A DNA stretch of 64,000 bases from Dehalococcoidia bacterium (GTDB lineage: Bacteria; Chloroflexota; Dehalococcoidia; UBA2979): contig OZ244720.1 in NCBI GenBank assembly GCA_965219085.1, positions 1,995,429 through 2,059,428 on the forward strand, in the 5' to 3' direction. The notes beneath the pieces were generated by a model. It was not told the DNA's origin. It did not search any database and worked only from the letters and a program-made list of their open reading frames with translations. Position numbers and translations under genes: made by a program. Below, in pieces: positions 19,195 through 30,479 of the stretch; the stretch's first letter is position 1, and every line of letters begins with the position of its first letter.

Positions 19195-20025
19195 ATGCCA
19201 CTCGTCGGAGGCAAGGAGCTGCTCGATCGCGCCGAGCGCGGCGGCTACGCCGTAGCCGGGTTCAACGTCTCCAACATCGAGCTCGCCCTCGGCGTCATTG
19301 ACGCCGCCGAGGCGCGGCGCGCGCCGATCCTGCTCCAGTTCAACCCCTCCAACATCGAGCACTTTGGGGGGATCGAGGTCGCCGCGGCAACGGCCCGTGC
19401 CCTCGCCCGGCGCGCCGAGGCACCGATCGCGGTCCACCTCGACCACGGCCCCGACATCACGCTGCTGCGCGCGGCGGGCCACGCCGGCTTTACCTCGCTC
19501 ATGTTCGACGGGTCGACCACGCCCATCGACCGCAATATCACCGACACGCGCGCTGCGGGCGCGCTCGCCATCGAGTACGGCGTGGCGCTCGAAGCCGAGC
19601 TCGGCCACGTCGGCGGCCGCGAACCCGGTGTCGTCAGCTCCGAGTCGATCCTGACCGACCCGACCGCGGCCCGCCGCTTCGTCGACGAGACACAGGTCGA
19701 CTCGCTCGCGATCTCGGTCGGCACCGCGCACGGGCTCGCCGGCATCGTCGACGTGGCGCTCGTGCGCGAGCTGCGCGCGGCGACGCGCGGGTTGCCGCTC
19801 GTGCTGCACGGCGGCTCCGGCGTCGCGCCCAACGCGCTGCGCGACTGCGTGCGAGCAGGGGTGCGCAAGCTCAACGTCAGCACCGAGATCCATGCGGCCT
19901 TCGCACAGGCAGTCGCGGGCGCCGGCGGCTCCGACCCACGCCCGGCGCTGCGCGCCGCCCGCAATGCAGTGGCCGCCGCCGCGTCGCTCCGCATCGACGC
20001 GCTCGGCTCGGCGCTGCGCGGCTGA
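19195..20025 (+). CDS. fba: class II fructose/ketose-bisphosphate aldolase
   Basis: ..GYAVAGFNVSNIE.., HLDHG, SVGTAHG, LVLHGGSG motifs; 276 aa. Confidence 0.85.
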   Translation: MPLVGGKELLDRAERGGYAVAGFNVSNIELALGVIDAAEARRAPILLQFNPSNIEHFGGIEVAAATARALARRAEAPIAVHLDHGPDITLLRAAGHAGFTSLMFDGSTTPIDRNITDTRAAGALAIEYGVALEAELGHVGGREPGVVSSESILTDPTAARRFVDETQVDSLAISVGTAHGLAGIVDVALVRELRAATRGLPLVLHGGSGVAPNALRDCVRAGVRKLNVSTEIHAAFAQAVAGAGGSDPRPALRAARNAVAAAASLRIDALGSALRG

Positions 20026-20086
20026 GGCTTGCCCGTCGCCGCTGCCGCGGGTTTCGGCGCCGGGGTGCGCGGCTATACTCGACGGG

Positions 20087-20880
20087 ATGGCCAGCTCGTA
20101 CCGACCCCAGCGCGGCTTTGCCGACGCATCGGAACGCGATCGCGCCGCCGGGGTCCCCCCGGCGGCCCGACGCCTCGTTCCGCCCATCTACGACCTCTCC
20201 CATGTCGGGCTCGAGGACGTCGACCCCTGGATCCCGCGCCCCGAAGACCGCGCGGCCGGCCGCCCATCGGTCGCTGCCGCGATCTGGCCGTGGGGACTGC
20301 GCGGGCTCGCCGACACCCTCGAGGTGGTCGCGCTCGCGCTGCTCATGTTCATCCTCGTGCGCGGAGTCGCGCAGAACTTCGTTGTCGACGGCGGCTCGAT
20401 GGAGCCCACGTTCAGCAGCGGCCAGATGCTGATCGTCAACAAGCTGGCCTACTCCGAGTTCGACCTTGCCTGGCTGCCGGCCGTCGGCTCCGACGATTGG
20501 CGTCCCTTCGGCGCGCTCGAGATCGGTGACGTGATCGTCTTCGAGTTCCCCGCACGGCCAGGACCGCGACTTCATCAAGCGTGTCGTGGCGCTGCCCGGC
20601 CAGACCGTCGAGGTGCGCGACGCGTTGGTGCTGGTCGACGGGGTCGCGCTGGTGGAGCCGTACCTCAGCGACCTCGCCCGTTACGCGTACGGCCCGGAGA
20701 CCGTGCCGCCCGGCCACGTCTTCGTACTGGGCGACGCGCGCAACAACTCCTACGACTCGCACTCCTGGGGGATGCTCGACCAGGCGTTCATCATCGGCCG
20801 CGTCGAGCTGCGCTACTGGCCGGTGGACCGCGCCGGCATGGTGGGCGGCGAGACGCCCTCGACCGAGGGGGGCGGGCAGG
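20087..20880 (+). pseudogene. lepB: signal peptidase I (LepB) with a +1 indel near 20560 (or a sequencing error)
   Basis: ..DGGSMEPTFSSGQMLIVNKLAY.. then ..IVFEFP, frame switch, ..DRDFIKRVVALPGQTVEVRDALVLVDGV..GDARNNSYDSHSWG..RYWPVDRAGMV; the site is TTCCCCGCACGGCC. Confidence 0.7.
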
Positions 20881-20886
20881 GAGACG

Positions 20887-21484
20887 ATGACCGCCGTGAA
20901 CGACACGCCGAACCCGTCCGTGCTCGATGCCGTGCGCGAGACCGGCGCGCTCCTCGAGGGCCACTTCCAGCTCGCCTCCGGCGTGCATTCGGACCGCTAC
21001 CTGGAGAAGTTCAACCTGCTCCAGTGGCCCGGCCATACCGAGGACGCCTGCCGGGCGCTCGCCGAGGCCGGCGCGCCCGCTCGCACCGAGCACCATCGTC
21101 GGCCCGACCACGGGCGGCGTGATCATCGCGTACGAGGTGGCGCGCCAGCTCGGCCTGCGCGGGATCATCGCCGAACGCAACGCGGACGGCCCCGGACGCC
21201 GTATCCAGCGCGACTTCCGCCTCGAGTCCGGCGAGCGGGTGCTGGTCGTCGACGATGTGCTGACGAGTGGCGGGTCGGTGTTTCGCGACACGATCGAGGC
21301 GGTCCGCATCGCCGGCGGCGATCCGATCGCCGTCGGCGTGCTCGTCGACCGCTCGGCAGGCCGCGTCGCGTTCGAAGGACTACCCCTGTACGCCTCGATG
21401 GTGCTCGACCTCGACACGTACCAGCCGGACGACTGCCCGCTGTGCCGCGACGGCCACCTCACCGTGCCGCTGACAGTGACGTAG
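20887..21484 (+). pseudogene. orotate phosphoribosyltransferase-like protein (PyrE family, C-terminal CPLC motif) with a frameshift near 21075
   Basis: MTAVNDTPNPSVLDAVRETGALLEGHFQLASGVHSDRYLEKFNLLQWPGH.. then frame switch to ..STIVGPTTGGVIIAYEVARQLGLRGIIAERN..VLVVDDVLTSGGS.. Confidence 0.65.
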
Positions 21485-21518
21485 CGGCCTCGATTCCCTC
21501 GACGCCGGGCAACGCAAA

Positions 21519-21547
21519 GCCGCTGCCGTATTGGCAGCGGCTTCGTC
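21519..21547. terminator. bidirectional intrinsic terminator hairpin between the convergent pyrE-like and GNAT genes
   Basis: GCCGCTGCC-GTATT-GGCAGCGGC (perfect 9-bp stem) followed by TTCGTC; a second GC hairpin CCCCGGCTGCAGCCGGGG lies about 15 bp downstream. Confidence 0.6.
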
Positions 21548-21596
21548 GGTGATGACCCCGGCTGCAGCCGGGGCGGGTTGCCGATGTACCCTGGCT

Positions 21597-22301
21597 CTAG
21601 ATCCCCATGAACTCGCTTTGCGCGCTCAGCATCATCACGTCGATCTTCGCCTGGAACTCGTCCACGTCCAGGCTCATGATCAGCAGGTCGTGCAGGACCG
21701 AGTCGCGGTCCATGACCTGGTTGCGCAGGCGCGCCTCGCGCTGGAACCCCATGCGCGTGAACACCTTGATGGCGGCGCCTTGGTCCGTGGTCATCTGCGC
21801 GAGCATCTTCTTCACGTCGCGCTCGCGCGCGATCACGAATGCCTGCTCGACCAGCAGCCGTCCGAGCCGCTTCGTGCGCATCGACGAGTCGACGAGTACG
21901 CGCAGTTCGGCGATGTGCCGGGTCCAGCTCATGCGGTCCGAGTTGACGCCGGCGTAACCGACGATCTCGTCTTCGTGCGTCGCGACGATGGTGGTGTTGA
22001 AGCCGTCCTCGATGTCCTGCAGCCAGGCGTCGACCACGAGCGGCTGCGTGATGTCGCGGCGCAGGAACAACAGGTCGTGCACGGGTTGGGCCCGCGCGAA
22101 CGTGACCATCGCGTCCCTGTCGGCGCGCTCGAACAGCCGCAGCGTGATTTCGGTGCCGTCGAGGTTGAGAACGGCCGGGTATTCGAGCTTCTGTGCGGCC
22201 TGCGCGGCCGCCTGGTCAGCGACCTTCCAGCCGTGACCCCCCAACGCCCGACCTACCGACTGGAGCACTCCCATGATCGTCCTCCCTCGTCCCGAACCCA
22301 A
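21597..22301 (-). CDS. GNAT-family N-acetyltransferase
   Basis: 234 aa with acetyl-CoA binding region ..RTKRLGRLLVEQAFVIARERDVKKM.. Confidence 0.7.
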   Translation of the reverse strand: MGSGRGRTIMGVLQSVGRALGGHGWKVADQAAAQAAQKLEYPAVLNLDGTEITLRLFERADRDAMVTFARAQPVHDLLFLRRDITQPLVVDAWLQDIEDGFNTTIVATHEDEIVGYAGVNSDRMSWTRHIAELRVLVDSSMRTKRLGRLLVEQAFVIARERDVKKMLAQMTTDQGAAIKVFTRMGFQREARLRNQVMDRDSVLHDLLIMSLDVDEFQAKIDVMMLSAQSEFMGI

Positions 22302-22471
22302 GGGACCGAGGGGAACCCGGCCCCGATGGCGTCAAGTATGGTGCGCGCGGCAAGCCATCACAACTCTGACGCGCACGCGAGCATGCGCACGCTGGCGGAC
22401 GGGGGACATCCCGCCGCGCCCCGCGGATCCCGGTACCCTAGCCTCCGCACACCTCGAGGGAGGCATGCGCC

Positions 22472-23663
22472 GTGGAGTGGTGGCCGGTCGCGGGCGGCGA
22501 GACGTGGGCGTGGGCGTGGCGCGCCTACCCCGGTGTCTGGCTCTTCATCGCAGCGCTCGGCGCCGCCTACGTACTGCTCCTGCGAGCCGAGTCCCGGGGC
22601 GCGCGGCGGCGCGGCGAAGCGGGCGTCGAGGCCTGGCGCATCGGCCTGTTCGCCGGCGGGCTCGTGCTGCTGTGGGTCTCGCTCGACTGGCCGCTGGGCG
22701 CCATGGCCGCTGGCTACCTCGCGACCGCGAACGCCGCGCAGGACCTGCTCGTCACGCTCGGCGCCGCGCCGCTGATGCTGCTCGGCCTGCCGCCGTCGAG
22801 GGACCGGCAGCGGCAGCCCGCGAGCTTACTGGTGCGCGCGCGAGGGATGCTCGGCCAGCCGATCATCGCGGCAGCGGTGTTCGGTGTGGTGCTGATGGTC
22901 ACGCACCTGCCGGACGTCGTCGACGCGCTGCGGCCGCACGCGGTGGGGTCGTTCGCGATCACATCGGCGTGGCTGCTCTCGGCGGTCGTGCTGTGGACGC
23001 CGCTGGCGGGGCCGCTCGCGGGGCGGCACCGCCTGCCGTACTTCGGCGCGCTCCTGTACCTCGATCGTGCCGTTCGTCTTCCCGAAGATCGCCGGCGCGT
23101 TCTTCGTCTTCGCCGACAGGCCGCTGTACGAGGTCTATACCTCCGCCCCTCGCGTCTTCGACGACGTCTCGGCTATGCAGGACCAGCACGTCGCGGGCTT
23201 CGTGCTGTGGGTGATCGGCAGCCTCATGGTCGTCGCCGCGCTCGGCGCGCTGTTCCGCCGCTGGTACACCGAGGACCGTCGCATGGCCGCGCCGCCGAGC
23301 CTCGAGATCCCCGCCGACCCGCGTGCCGTCGACCTGCTGTTCGAGGTGCAAGGTGGCTGGGCCGCGCTCGAGCAGCTCGTCGCGAGCGTTGAGCAGGCGC
23401 TGCCCCGCGACCGCACCGGCACCGCGCTGGCGTTCGGCTACCGCGCGCGCGCCGAGGATGCAGCGGGTGACGACGATGTCCCACCGACGCAGGTCATACT
23501 CGAACTGCACATCGCGCTCGGGGCGGCCGTGGAGGCGGGCGTCGCGCAGCGCATCGAGGCGGACTACGGGGACTACCTGGGTCGCCAGCCGCGCCGCCGC
23601 CGTGATGCGATCGCGCGGGCGCTGGCGTTCCGCGTCGTCGGCTACGGCTCGCGCGTGACATAA
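22472..23663 (+). pseudogene. cytochrome c oxidase assembly factor CtaG-like polytopic membrane protein with a +1 indel near 23060
   Basis: Caa3-CtaG-like transmembrane profile; ..FGALLYLD then frame switch to IVPFVFPKIAGAFFVFADRPLYEVY.. Confidence 0.55.
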
Positions 23664-23717
23664 CCCGTCGCACCGGCGGGGCGGTGGTACGATCGGCGCC
23701 CGGACCAGGAGTGCGCG

Positions 23718-23987
23718 GTGCTCTACTTCCTCGCGATGGTGCTGCCCCCGCTTGCCGTGCTGTTCACGGGCCGCAAGACGGCGGCCATCCTCAACATCCC
23801 GCTCACGCTCGCGGGCTGGCTGCCCGGCGTGCTCCACGCCGTGCTCGTCGTCAACGAGCACAAGGCCGACCAGCGCGCTAGGCGCGACTTCTTCGCCGAG
23901 CTCCCGGCCCACATCGCCGAACGCCTGTCGGAACACGTGGACGAGGAAGAAGAAGACACCGAGCAGTACGAGGACGACGAGCAGTGA
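23718..23987 (+). CDS. YqaE/Pmp3-family small membrane proteolipid with an acidic C-terminal tail
   Basis: ..LPPLAVLFTGRKTAAILNIPLTLAGWLPGVLHAVLVV.. matches the UPF0057/Pmp3 signature; the tail is ..EEEEDTEQYEDDEQ. Confidence 0.7.
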   Translation: MLYFLAMVLPPLAVLFTGRKTAAILNIPLTLAGWLPGVLHAVLVVNEHKADQRARRDFFAELPAHIAERLSEHVDEEEEDTEQYEDDEQ

Positions 23988-24361
23988 GAGCGATGGACGG
24001 CCCGTAGCCCTCGCCACGGTCGGCGACCAGGTACACGCCCCGGCCTCGGACAGCGGGGCCGAGCCCCCTCGGCCCCGCGGTCCACCAGGGGTCGAGACGC
24101 GAGGCAACAGGGGCGTCCGCCCTCGCATCCGTGCACAGGGCCGCGCCGGGGGAGGCGCCGAGTGCACGTGCCCGGCGTGGTGTCCGCTCCGGACACACGC
24201 AGCGTGATCGCCGCGCGTTAACGGCTCGTTAGACGGCGTGCGCGTCTTCGCACGTTTTCTGGCCCCTCCTCGCCCGCCAACCGCTGCTCCCGGCTTGACA
24301 GGCCTTGCCCGTGCGGTCGAGGCTCCGGCGAGGCGCGATCCTGCGCGCGAGGAGGGGCCAG

Positions 24362-25633
24362 ATGACGATCTCGACCGGGCGAAGCTCGGCGCTCCCGACC
24401 ACCACGGCCGACGGGCGGCCGTTGCCGCTTGCCGGCGTACGCGTCGTGGACTTCACGTGGATCGTCGCCGGGCCGCAGGCGACGCGGATCCTCGCCGACC
24501 TCGGCGCCGACGTGATCCGGGTGGAGAACGAGAGCCACCTTGACTCCCTGCGGATGGGCGGGGGCCGCCCCGCGGACGAACGGGCCCGCCACAACAGCTC
24601 CGGGCTGTTCAACAACCTCAACCGCAACAAGCGCAGCATGACCGTCAATCTCTTCCACCCGCGCGGACGCGAACTCGTCGAGGAGCTCATCACGGGCGCC
24701 GACGTGGTCACGGAGAACTTCAGCCCCGGCGCCTTCGAGCGGATGGGCTTCGGCTGGGACCGCCTGCGTGAGCTCAACCCCAACATCATCTACATGTCGC
24801 TGTCCGGGTACGGACACTTCGGGCGCGACGCCTCGTTCGTGACGTGGGGGCCGACGGCACAGGCCATCTCCGGCCTCACGTACCTGTCCGGGCTGCCGGA
24901 CCAGCCGCCGGCCGGCTGGGGCTACTCCTACCTCGACCACTCGGCCGGCTACTACGGCGCGATCGGCTTGCTGCTCGCCCTGCGCAAGCGTGCGCGCGAG
25001 GGCGGCCCGCTGCGCGTCGACCTCTCGCAGGCCGAGACGGGCATGGTGATGACCGGCGCGCAGATGCTCGACGCGCAGGTGAACAACCGCCCCTCGCGTC
25101 GCTCCGGAAACTTGCTGCCGTACCCCGAGATCGCCCCGCACAACACCTACCGTTGCGCCGGCGACGACCGCTGGATCGCGCTCGCCGTCGAGACCGACGC
25201 CCACTGGGCCGCGCTCTGCGACGTGCTCGGCGCGGACGCGCTCGCCTCCGACCCACGCTTCGGCACGAACGGCGGCCGCGTCGAGGCCCGCGAGGAGCTG
25301 GACGCGGCCATCGACGCACTGACGCGGGGCTGGGACACGCGCGAGCTGATGTACGCGCTGCAGGCGCGCGGCGTCCCCGCGGGCGTGGCCCAGACCACCC
25401 AGGACAAGATGGAGCTCGACCCGCAGCTCGCCGCGCGCGGCTTCTACCCGCGCGCCGACCACCCCATCCTCGGCGAACACCGCTACGAGGCGCTCCCGTT
25501 CCTCCTCGAACGCTTCGGCTGGCAGGTGCGCCGCGGCGCGCCGCTGCTCAGCGAGCACAGCGACGAGGTGCTCGCCGAACTCGGCTGCGACGAGGACGAG
25601 ATCGCGCGGCTGCACGAGGAGTTGGCGATATGA
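24362..25633 (+). CDS. family-III CoA-transferase (CaiB/BaiF), first of a tandem pair
   Basis: ..LAGVRVVDFTWIVAGPQATRILADLGADVIRVE.. N-motif; C-terminal ..LGEH..EVLAELG.. Confidence 0.85.
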   Translation: MTISTGRSSALPTTTADGRPLPLAGVRVVDFTWIVAGPQATRILADLGADVIRVENESHLDSLRMGGGRPADERARHNSSGLFNNLNRNKRSMTVNLFHPRGRELVEELITGADVVTENFSPGAFERMGFGWDRLRELNPNIIYMSLSGYGHFGRDASFVTWGPTAQAISGLTYLSGLPDQPPAGWGYSYLDHSAGYYGAIGLLLALRKRAREGGPLRVDLSQAETGMVMTGAQMLDAQVNNRPSRRSGNLLPYPEIAPHNTYRCAGDDRWIALAVETDAHWAALCDVLGADALASDPRFGTNGGRVEAREELDAAIDALTRGWDTRELMYALQARGVPAGVAQTTQDKMELDPQLAARGFYPRADHPILGEHRYEALPFLLERFGWQVRRGAPLLSEHSDEVLAELGCDEDEIARLHEELAI

Positions 25634-26889
25634 GTACCGGCGCCGAAGGACTCCGCATCATCGAGATCGGTGACCTGGGCGAGGTCGCCGGGAAGCTGCT
25701 GGCCGACGCCGGCGCCGACGTGATCCGCGTCGAGCCGCCCGCCGGCGCGCCCGCGCGGCGTATTGGGCCGTTCCCGGGCGACCGCCCGGACACGAACAGC
25801 TCGCTGCACTGGGCGCACTTCAACACGAGCAAGCGCGGCATCACCCTCGACGTCCATACCGCCGACGGCCTCGCGCTGTGGTGGAAGCTCGTCGAGGGCG
25901 CCGATGCAGTCATCGACGCCGCCGGGCACGGCGTGCTCGATGCCGCGGGCGCCGGCTGGGAAGAGGCTGCGCGTCGCTGCGACGGCAAGCCGCTCGTGTG
26001 GTGCTCCGTGACGCCGTTCGGCCGCGAAGGGCCGTGGTCGGACTGGGCCTCGAACGACCTCGTGCAGGTCGCCCTCGGCGGGCCGATGATGAGCACCGGC
26101 TACGACGACCACGAGCTGCCGCCGATCCGCGGTGGGTACGACCACTCGCTGTGGATGGCCGGCGAATACGCGACGATCGCCATCCTGGGCGCGACCGCGG
26201 GCTTCGAGGCCGGACTCGCCGACGGACCGGAGCTCGCCGACCTCTCGATCCACGAGTGCGTGAGCTGCACCGTCGAGGGGGCGTTCCCGAACTGGGAGTA
26301 CGACGGCCGGCTGGTGCAGCGCCAGACCGGCCGGCACTCCTCGCCCGACCGCACACCCGAGTGGCAGTTCCCGAGCGCCGACGGGCAGTTCATGAACGTC
26401 ATCGGCGGCGGGATGCCTCGCTCGGAGCAGGGGCTGGCCGACGTGCTCGACTGGATGGAGTCGCACGGCGCGGTCGAGGACCTGCGCGACCCGAAGTACC
26501 GCGACGCGATCCACTCGCCGCAGATGCCACCGAGCCCGGAGCGCCGCCACTTCTCGGAGGTGATCGAGCGCTTCATCGCCTCGCTCGACGCGCAGGACCT
26601 CTACCGGGGCGGGCAGGGCCTGCACCAGCCGTGGGCCGTGGTCCGCGCGCCCGAGGACAACCTCGACGACCCGCACTGGGCCGACCGCGGCACGTTCGCG
26701 GAGGTCGAGGTGCCCGGCCACCCCGAGCCCGTGCGCGTGCCGACCGCGCCATACCGCTTCGAGGGCGTGACGCGCCAGGTGCGCCGTCGCGCGCCGCTGC
26801 TCGCCGAACATAACCACGAGGTCTACGTCGGTGAACTCGGCCTCGATGACGCCGATATCCTGCGGCTGGCGCAGATCGGCGTGATCTAG
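25630..26889 (+). CDS. family-III CoA-transferase (CaiB/BaiF), second of the tandem pair, translationally coupled (ATGA overlap)
   Basis: MSTGAEGLRIIEIGDLGEVAGKLLADAGADVIRVEPP..; the 681-aa ORF-track entry starting at 24844 is an upstream run-on in the same frame. Confidence 0.85.
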   Translation: MSTGAEGLRIIEIGDLGEVAGKLLADAGADVIRVEPPAGAPARRIGPFPGDRPDTNSSLHWAHFNTSKRGITLDVHTADGLALWWKLVEGADAVIDAAGHGVLDAAGAGWEEAARRCDGKPLVWCSVTPFGREGPWSDWASNDLVQVALGGPMMSTGYDDHELPPIRGGYDHSLWMAGEYATIAILGATAGFEAGLADGPELADLSIHECVSCTVEGAFPNWEYDGRLVQRQTGRHSSPDRTPEWQFPSADGQFMNVIGGGMPRSEQGLADVLDWMESHGAVEDLRDPKYRDAIHSPQMPPSPERRHFSEVIERFIASLDAQDLYRGGQGLHQPWAVVRAPEDNLDDPHWADRGTFAEVEVPGHPEPVRVPTAPYRFEGVTRQVRRRAPLLAEHNHEVYVGELGLDDADILRLAQIGVI

Positions 26890-26998
26890 CATTGACGGAA
26901 CGTATGGCGACGCAGGGACTTCGGACTCCCCTGTCGACTGAGAGCGACCGTCACTGCGCCCATACCGGCGGTGGCTCTGGCGCGGCTGTGCCGCGCCG

Positions 26999-28201
26999 TC
27001 AGTTCCTCGGCAGCCCGAGCCCGCGCGTCGCGATGATGTTGCGCTGGATCTCCGAGGTGCCCCCGGCGATGGTCTGCGGCACCGAGAACACGTACTCGCG
27101 CGTCGCCCGGGCCGCCATCGGCGCCCGCGGGTCGTCCTCGTCCCAGAGGTTCGAGTAGAGGCCGAACGCGCTCACGGCCGTGCGGGCGATGCGCTGCGTC
27201 AGCTCGGTGCCGAAGACCTTGCCCATCGAGGCCTCGTAGTTCGGGATGCGCCCCGCATCCTGCATCGAGGCGATCCGCAGGCAGAGGTTGTAGTGCACGT
27301 CGGCGGCGATCGCCGCGTCCGCGACGTCGCGGCGCAGCGCCGGCGAGCTCGCCACGCGCGAGCGGGCCCGGCCCTCGGCGCTCCCGAGGTAGTCGGCCAG
27401 CTCGCGCACGTCGCGCCTGACCGTCGCCGAGCCGGCGATCCCGGAGCGTTCGAAGTCGAGCGCCGTCGCGCCGACGTACCAGCCACGGTTCTCCTCGCCG
27501 ATACGGTTCTTGACCGGCACGCGCACGTCCTCGAAGAAGGTCTCGTTGAAGCCGTGCTCTCCGCCCATGTTGATGAGCGGCCGGAACTCCACCCCGGGGA
27601 GGTCGGTGGGGATCAGCAGCGCGCTGATCCCGCGGTGCTTGGGCGCTGCGGGGTCCGTCCGTACCGGCACCCAGAGGTAGTCGGCGAGGTGGCCGTTCGA
27701 GGTCCAGATCTTCTGACCGTTCACCACGTACTCGTCGCCGTCGCGCACTGCGCGCGTCTGCAGCGAGGCGAGGTCGGAGCCTGCGCCGGGCTCTGAGAGC
27801 CCGGAGTGCATCAGGTGTTCGCCGCTCACCATCCGTGGCAGGTGCTCGCGCTTCTGCTCCTCGGTGCCGACGAGGATGATCGTCGGGCCGTACTGCACCA
27901 CGCCCGGCCCGCCAACGGCAGGCGCGTGCGCCGTTGCCATCTCCTCGCGGAGGATCGTCTGCGCCCAGATGGAGAGGCCGGCGCCGCCGTACTCCTCCGG
28001 CCAGTGGGGCGCGAACCAGCTGCGCTCGGCGAGTGCGTCGGTCCAGTCCTGCGCCGCCTGGCGCGCCTCGGAATCGGGCGAGCGGCGGTCCTGCGCCCAG
28101 TTGCCGCCGGGCGTGCGGTAGCGCTCGGGAAGCTGCTCGTCGAGGAGCGCGCGCACCTCGGCGCGGAAGGCGGCCTGCTCGGGGCTGTCGCTCCAGTCCA
28201 T
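26999..28201 (-). CDS. acyl-CoA dehydrogenase
   Basis: 400 aa; ..YGGAGLS.., catalytic region ..YEASMGKVFGTELTQ.., C-terminus ..QRNIIATRGLGLPR. Confidence 0.85.
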   Translation of the reverse strand: MDWSDSPEQAAFRAEVRALLDEQLPERYRTPGGNWAQDRRSPDSEARQAAQDWTDALAERSWFAPHWPEEYGGAGLSIWAQTILREEMATAHAPAVGGPGVVQYGPTIILVGTEEQKREHLPRMVSGEHLMHSGLSEPGAGSDLASLQTRAVRDGDEYVVNGQKIWTSNGHLADYLWVPVRTDPAAPKHRGISALLIPTDLPGVEFRPLINMGGEHGFNETFFEDVRVPVKNRIGEENRGWYVGATALDFERSGIAGSATVRRDVRELADYLGSAEGRARSRVASSPALRRDVADAAIAADVHYNLCLRIASMQDAGRIPNYEASMGKVFGTELTQRIARTAVSAFGLYSNLWDEDDPRAPMAARATREYVFSVPQTIAGGTSEIQRNIIATRGLGLPRN

Positions 28202-28527
28202 CGCCCGACCTTAGCCCAAATCCACCGAAGGAGAGCGCGCGAGCACCTGCCACGCGTGTCCGGTAAGGCCTCAGTGAGAACCGCCGGTCTCGACGCCGCC
28301 AACGGTGCATCAGTGCGACGAGCGCGCCGAGCAACATGGGCCGTGGTCCCCGGCACAGTTCAACTCGCGCCTGTCACGCCCAGAGTGCGGACTCAGTTGC
28401 GGCCCGTCGCCACGGATTGGCACGGTCCTGCAATCAGCGGGCGGCGGCGATGGGGCTATGGGTCGCCGTTAGCGGCGTTTAGCCGCGGTGCCTTGCGGCG
28501 CGGGTGGCCGAAGCCCACACTGACGCC

Positions 28528-29219
<692 letters not shown>

Positions 29220-29223
<4 letters not shown>

Positions 29224-30479
29224 GCACCGCGCGCTGGCTGGCCCTGACGTTCGCGACGGTGGCCGTCGTGGGGACGTTCGCGCTGCCGCAGGGCTGGGCC
29301 GCCGTGATCGCCCTCGTCGCCGTGCTCGCGCTGCTAGGGGTCGCGCTGCGGACCGGAGCCCGCCGGCCTCCGACGCCCACAGTCCGGGCGAGCCCCGAAC
29401 CCACCGAGCCGCCCGAGCCGCCCTCGTTGGACTCGTGGCGCGACGTACTCGACATGCTCCCGCTCGGCGTCGCGCTGCTCGACGAGGAGCTGACGGTGCT
29501 CGACGCGACCCCGGCGTTCGCGGAGCTCGTCGGCCACCCGGTGGGCGGCATGATCGAAGCCTCGCTGATCCGCGCCACGCGCGAGTACGACCTCACCGCC
29601 ACCGTCCGCGAGCGACCGGCCGAAGCGCGTGACGTGCACCTCACCGGCGGCCGCCAGGTGCGCGTCCGCGTCGCGCCGCTGTCGCCTCCGCTCCTCGGCG
29701 GACGAGCCACGCTGCTGCTCTGCATCGAGGACGTGACCGCGCTGCACGACGCCCAGCGCGCCCGTACGGACCTCGTTGCGAACCTCTCGCACGAGCTGCG
29801 CACCCCGATCGCCGGCGCGCGCGCCATCGCCGAGACGCTGCAGTCCGCCTCCGAGGACCCGGCGGACCGTGAACGCTTCCTCGGGCTGCTCACCGATGAG
29901 CTGGAGCGTATGACCGACATGGTGCAGCGCATGCTCCGGCTCGCGCAGCTCGAGTCGGAGCTTGAGCCGCTCGACCTCGAGGCTGTCACGCCTGGCTCGC
30001 TGCTCGAAGCGGCCGCGGAGCGCTTTGGCCCGGTTGCCGGACGCCAGGACGTGCGCATCGAGGTCGAGCAGGCGGCGCCGGACGCCGTCCGCGCCAACCC
30101 GGGTCGTGCCGGCGAGGTGCTCGCCAATCTCCTCGACAACGCCCTGCGGCACAGCCCGCCCGGCTCGCGCATCACCCTCGCCGCCGTGGCCGACGACGCC
30201 GACTCCGTGCGGTTCGAGGTGCGGGACGAGGGTCCGGGCATCCTCCTGCAGGAGCGCGACCGCGTCTTCGAGCGCTTCTACACCGGGGACATCGCGCGCG
30301 AGGCGGGCTCGCACACCGGGCTGGGGCTCGCGATCGCGCGGCGGTTGGTGCAGCAGCAGGGCGGACGCATCTGGGTCGCCGATCGCTCGCCGGGCGCGAC
30401 GCTGTGCTTCACGCTCGCGCGCGCCGACGGGACGGCGGACGCGAGTGTCGGCGCCGCTGGTGACGGGGCTTCAGGCTAG
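29220..30479 (+). CDS. sensor histidine kinase (partner of the preceding regulator)
   Basis: GTG start overlaps the regulator stop; two transmembrane segments, H-box LSHELRTPI, N/G boxes ..NLLDNALRHS..GTGLGLAIA.. Confidence 0.85.

Noticed and set aside
18913-20187. 424-aa minus-strand ORF overlapping fba
   Set aside because: The plus-strand frame carries the unmistakable class II aldolase motifs. The minus frame is low-complexity.
22959-24167. 402-aa minus-strand ORF
   Set aside because: It is antisense to the ctaG-like and yqaE genes and low-complexity.
24218-25615. 465-aa minus-strand ORF
   Set aside because: It is antisense to the first CoA-transferase, with no motifs.
24844-26889. 681-aa plus-strand ORF reported as one gene
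   Set aside because: Its first about 260 codons are an Arg-rich run-on in an alternative frame of the upstream CoA-transferase. The real gene starts at the ATG at 25630 (MSTGAEGL..), coupled to the upstream stop.
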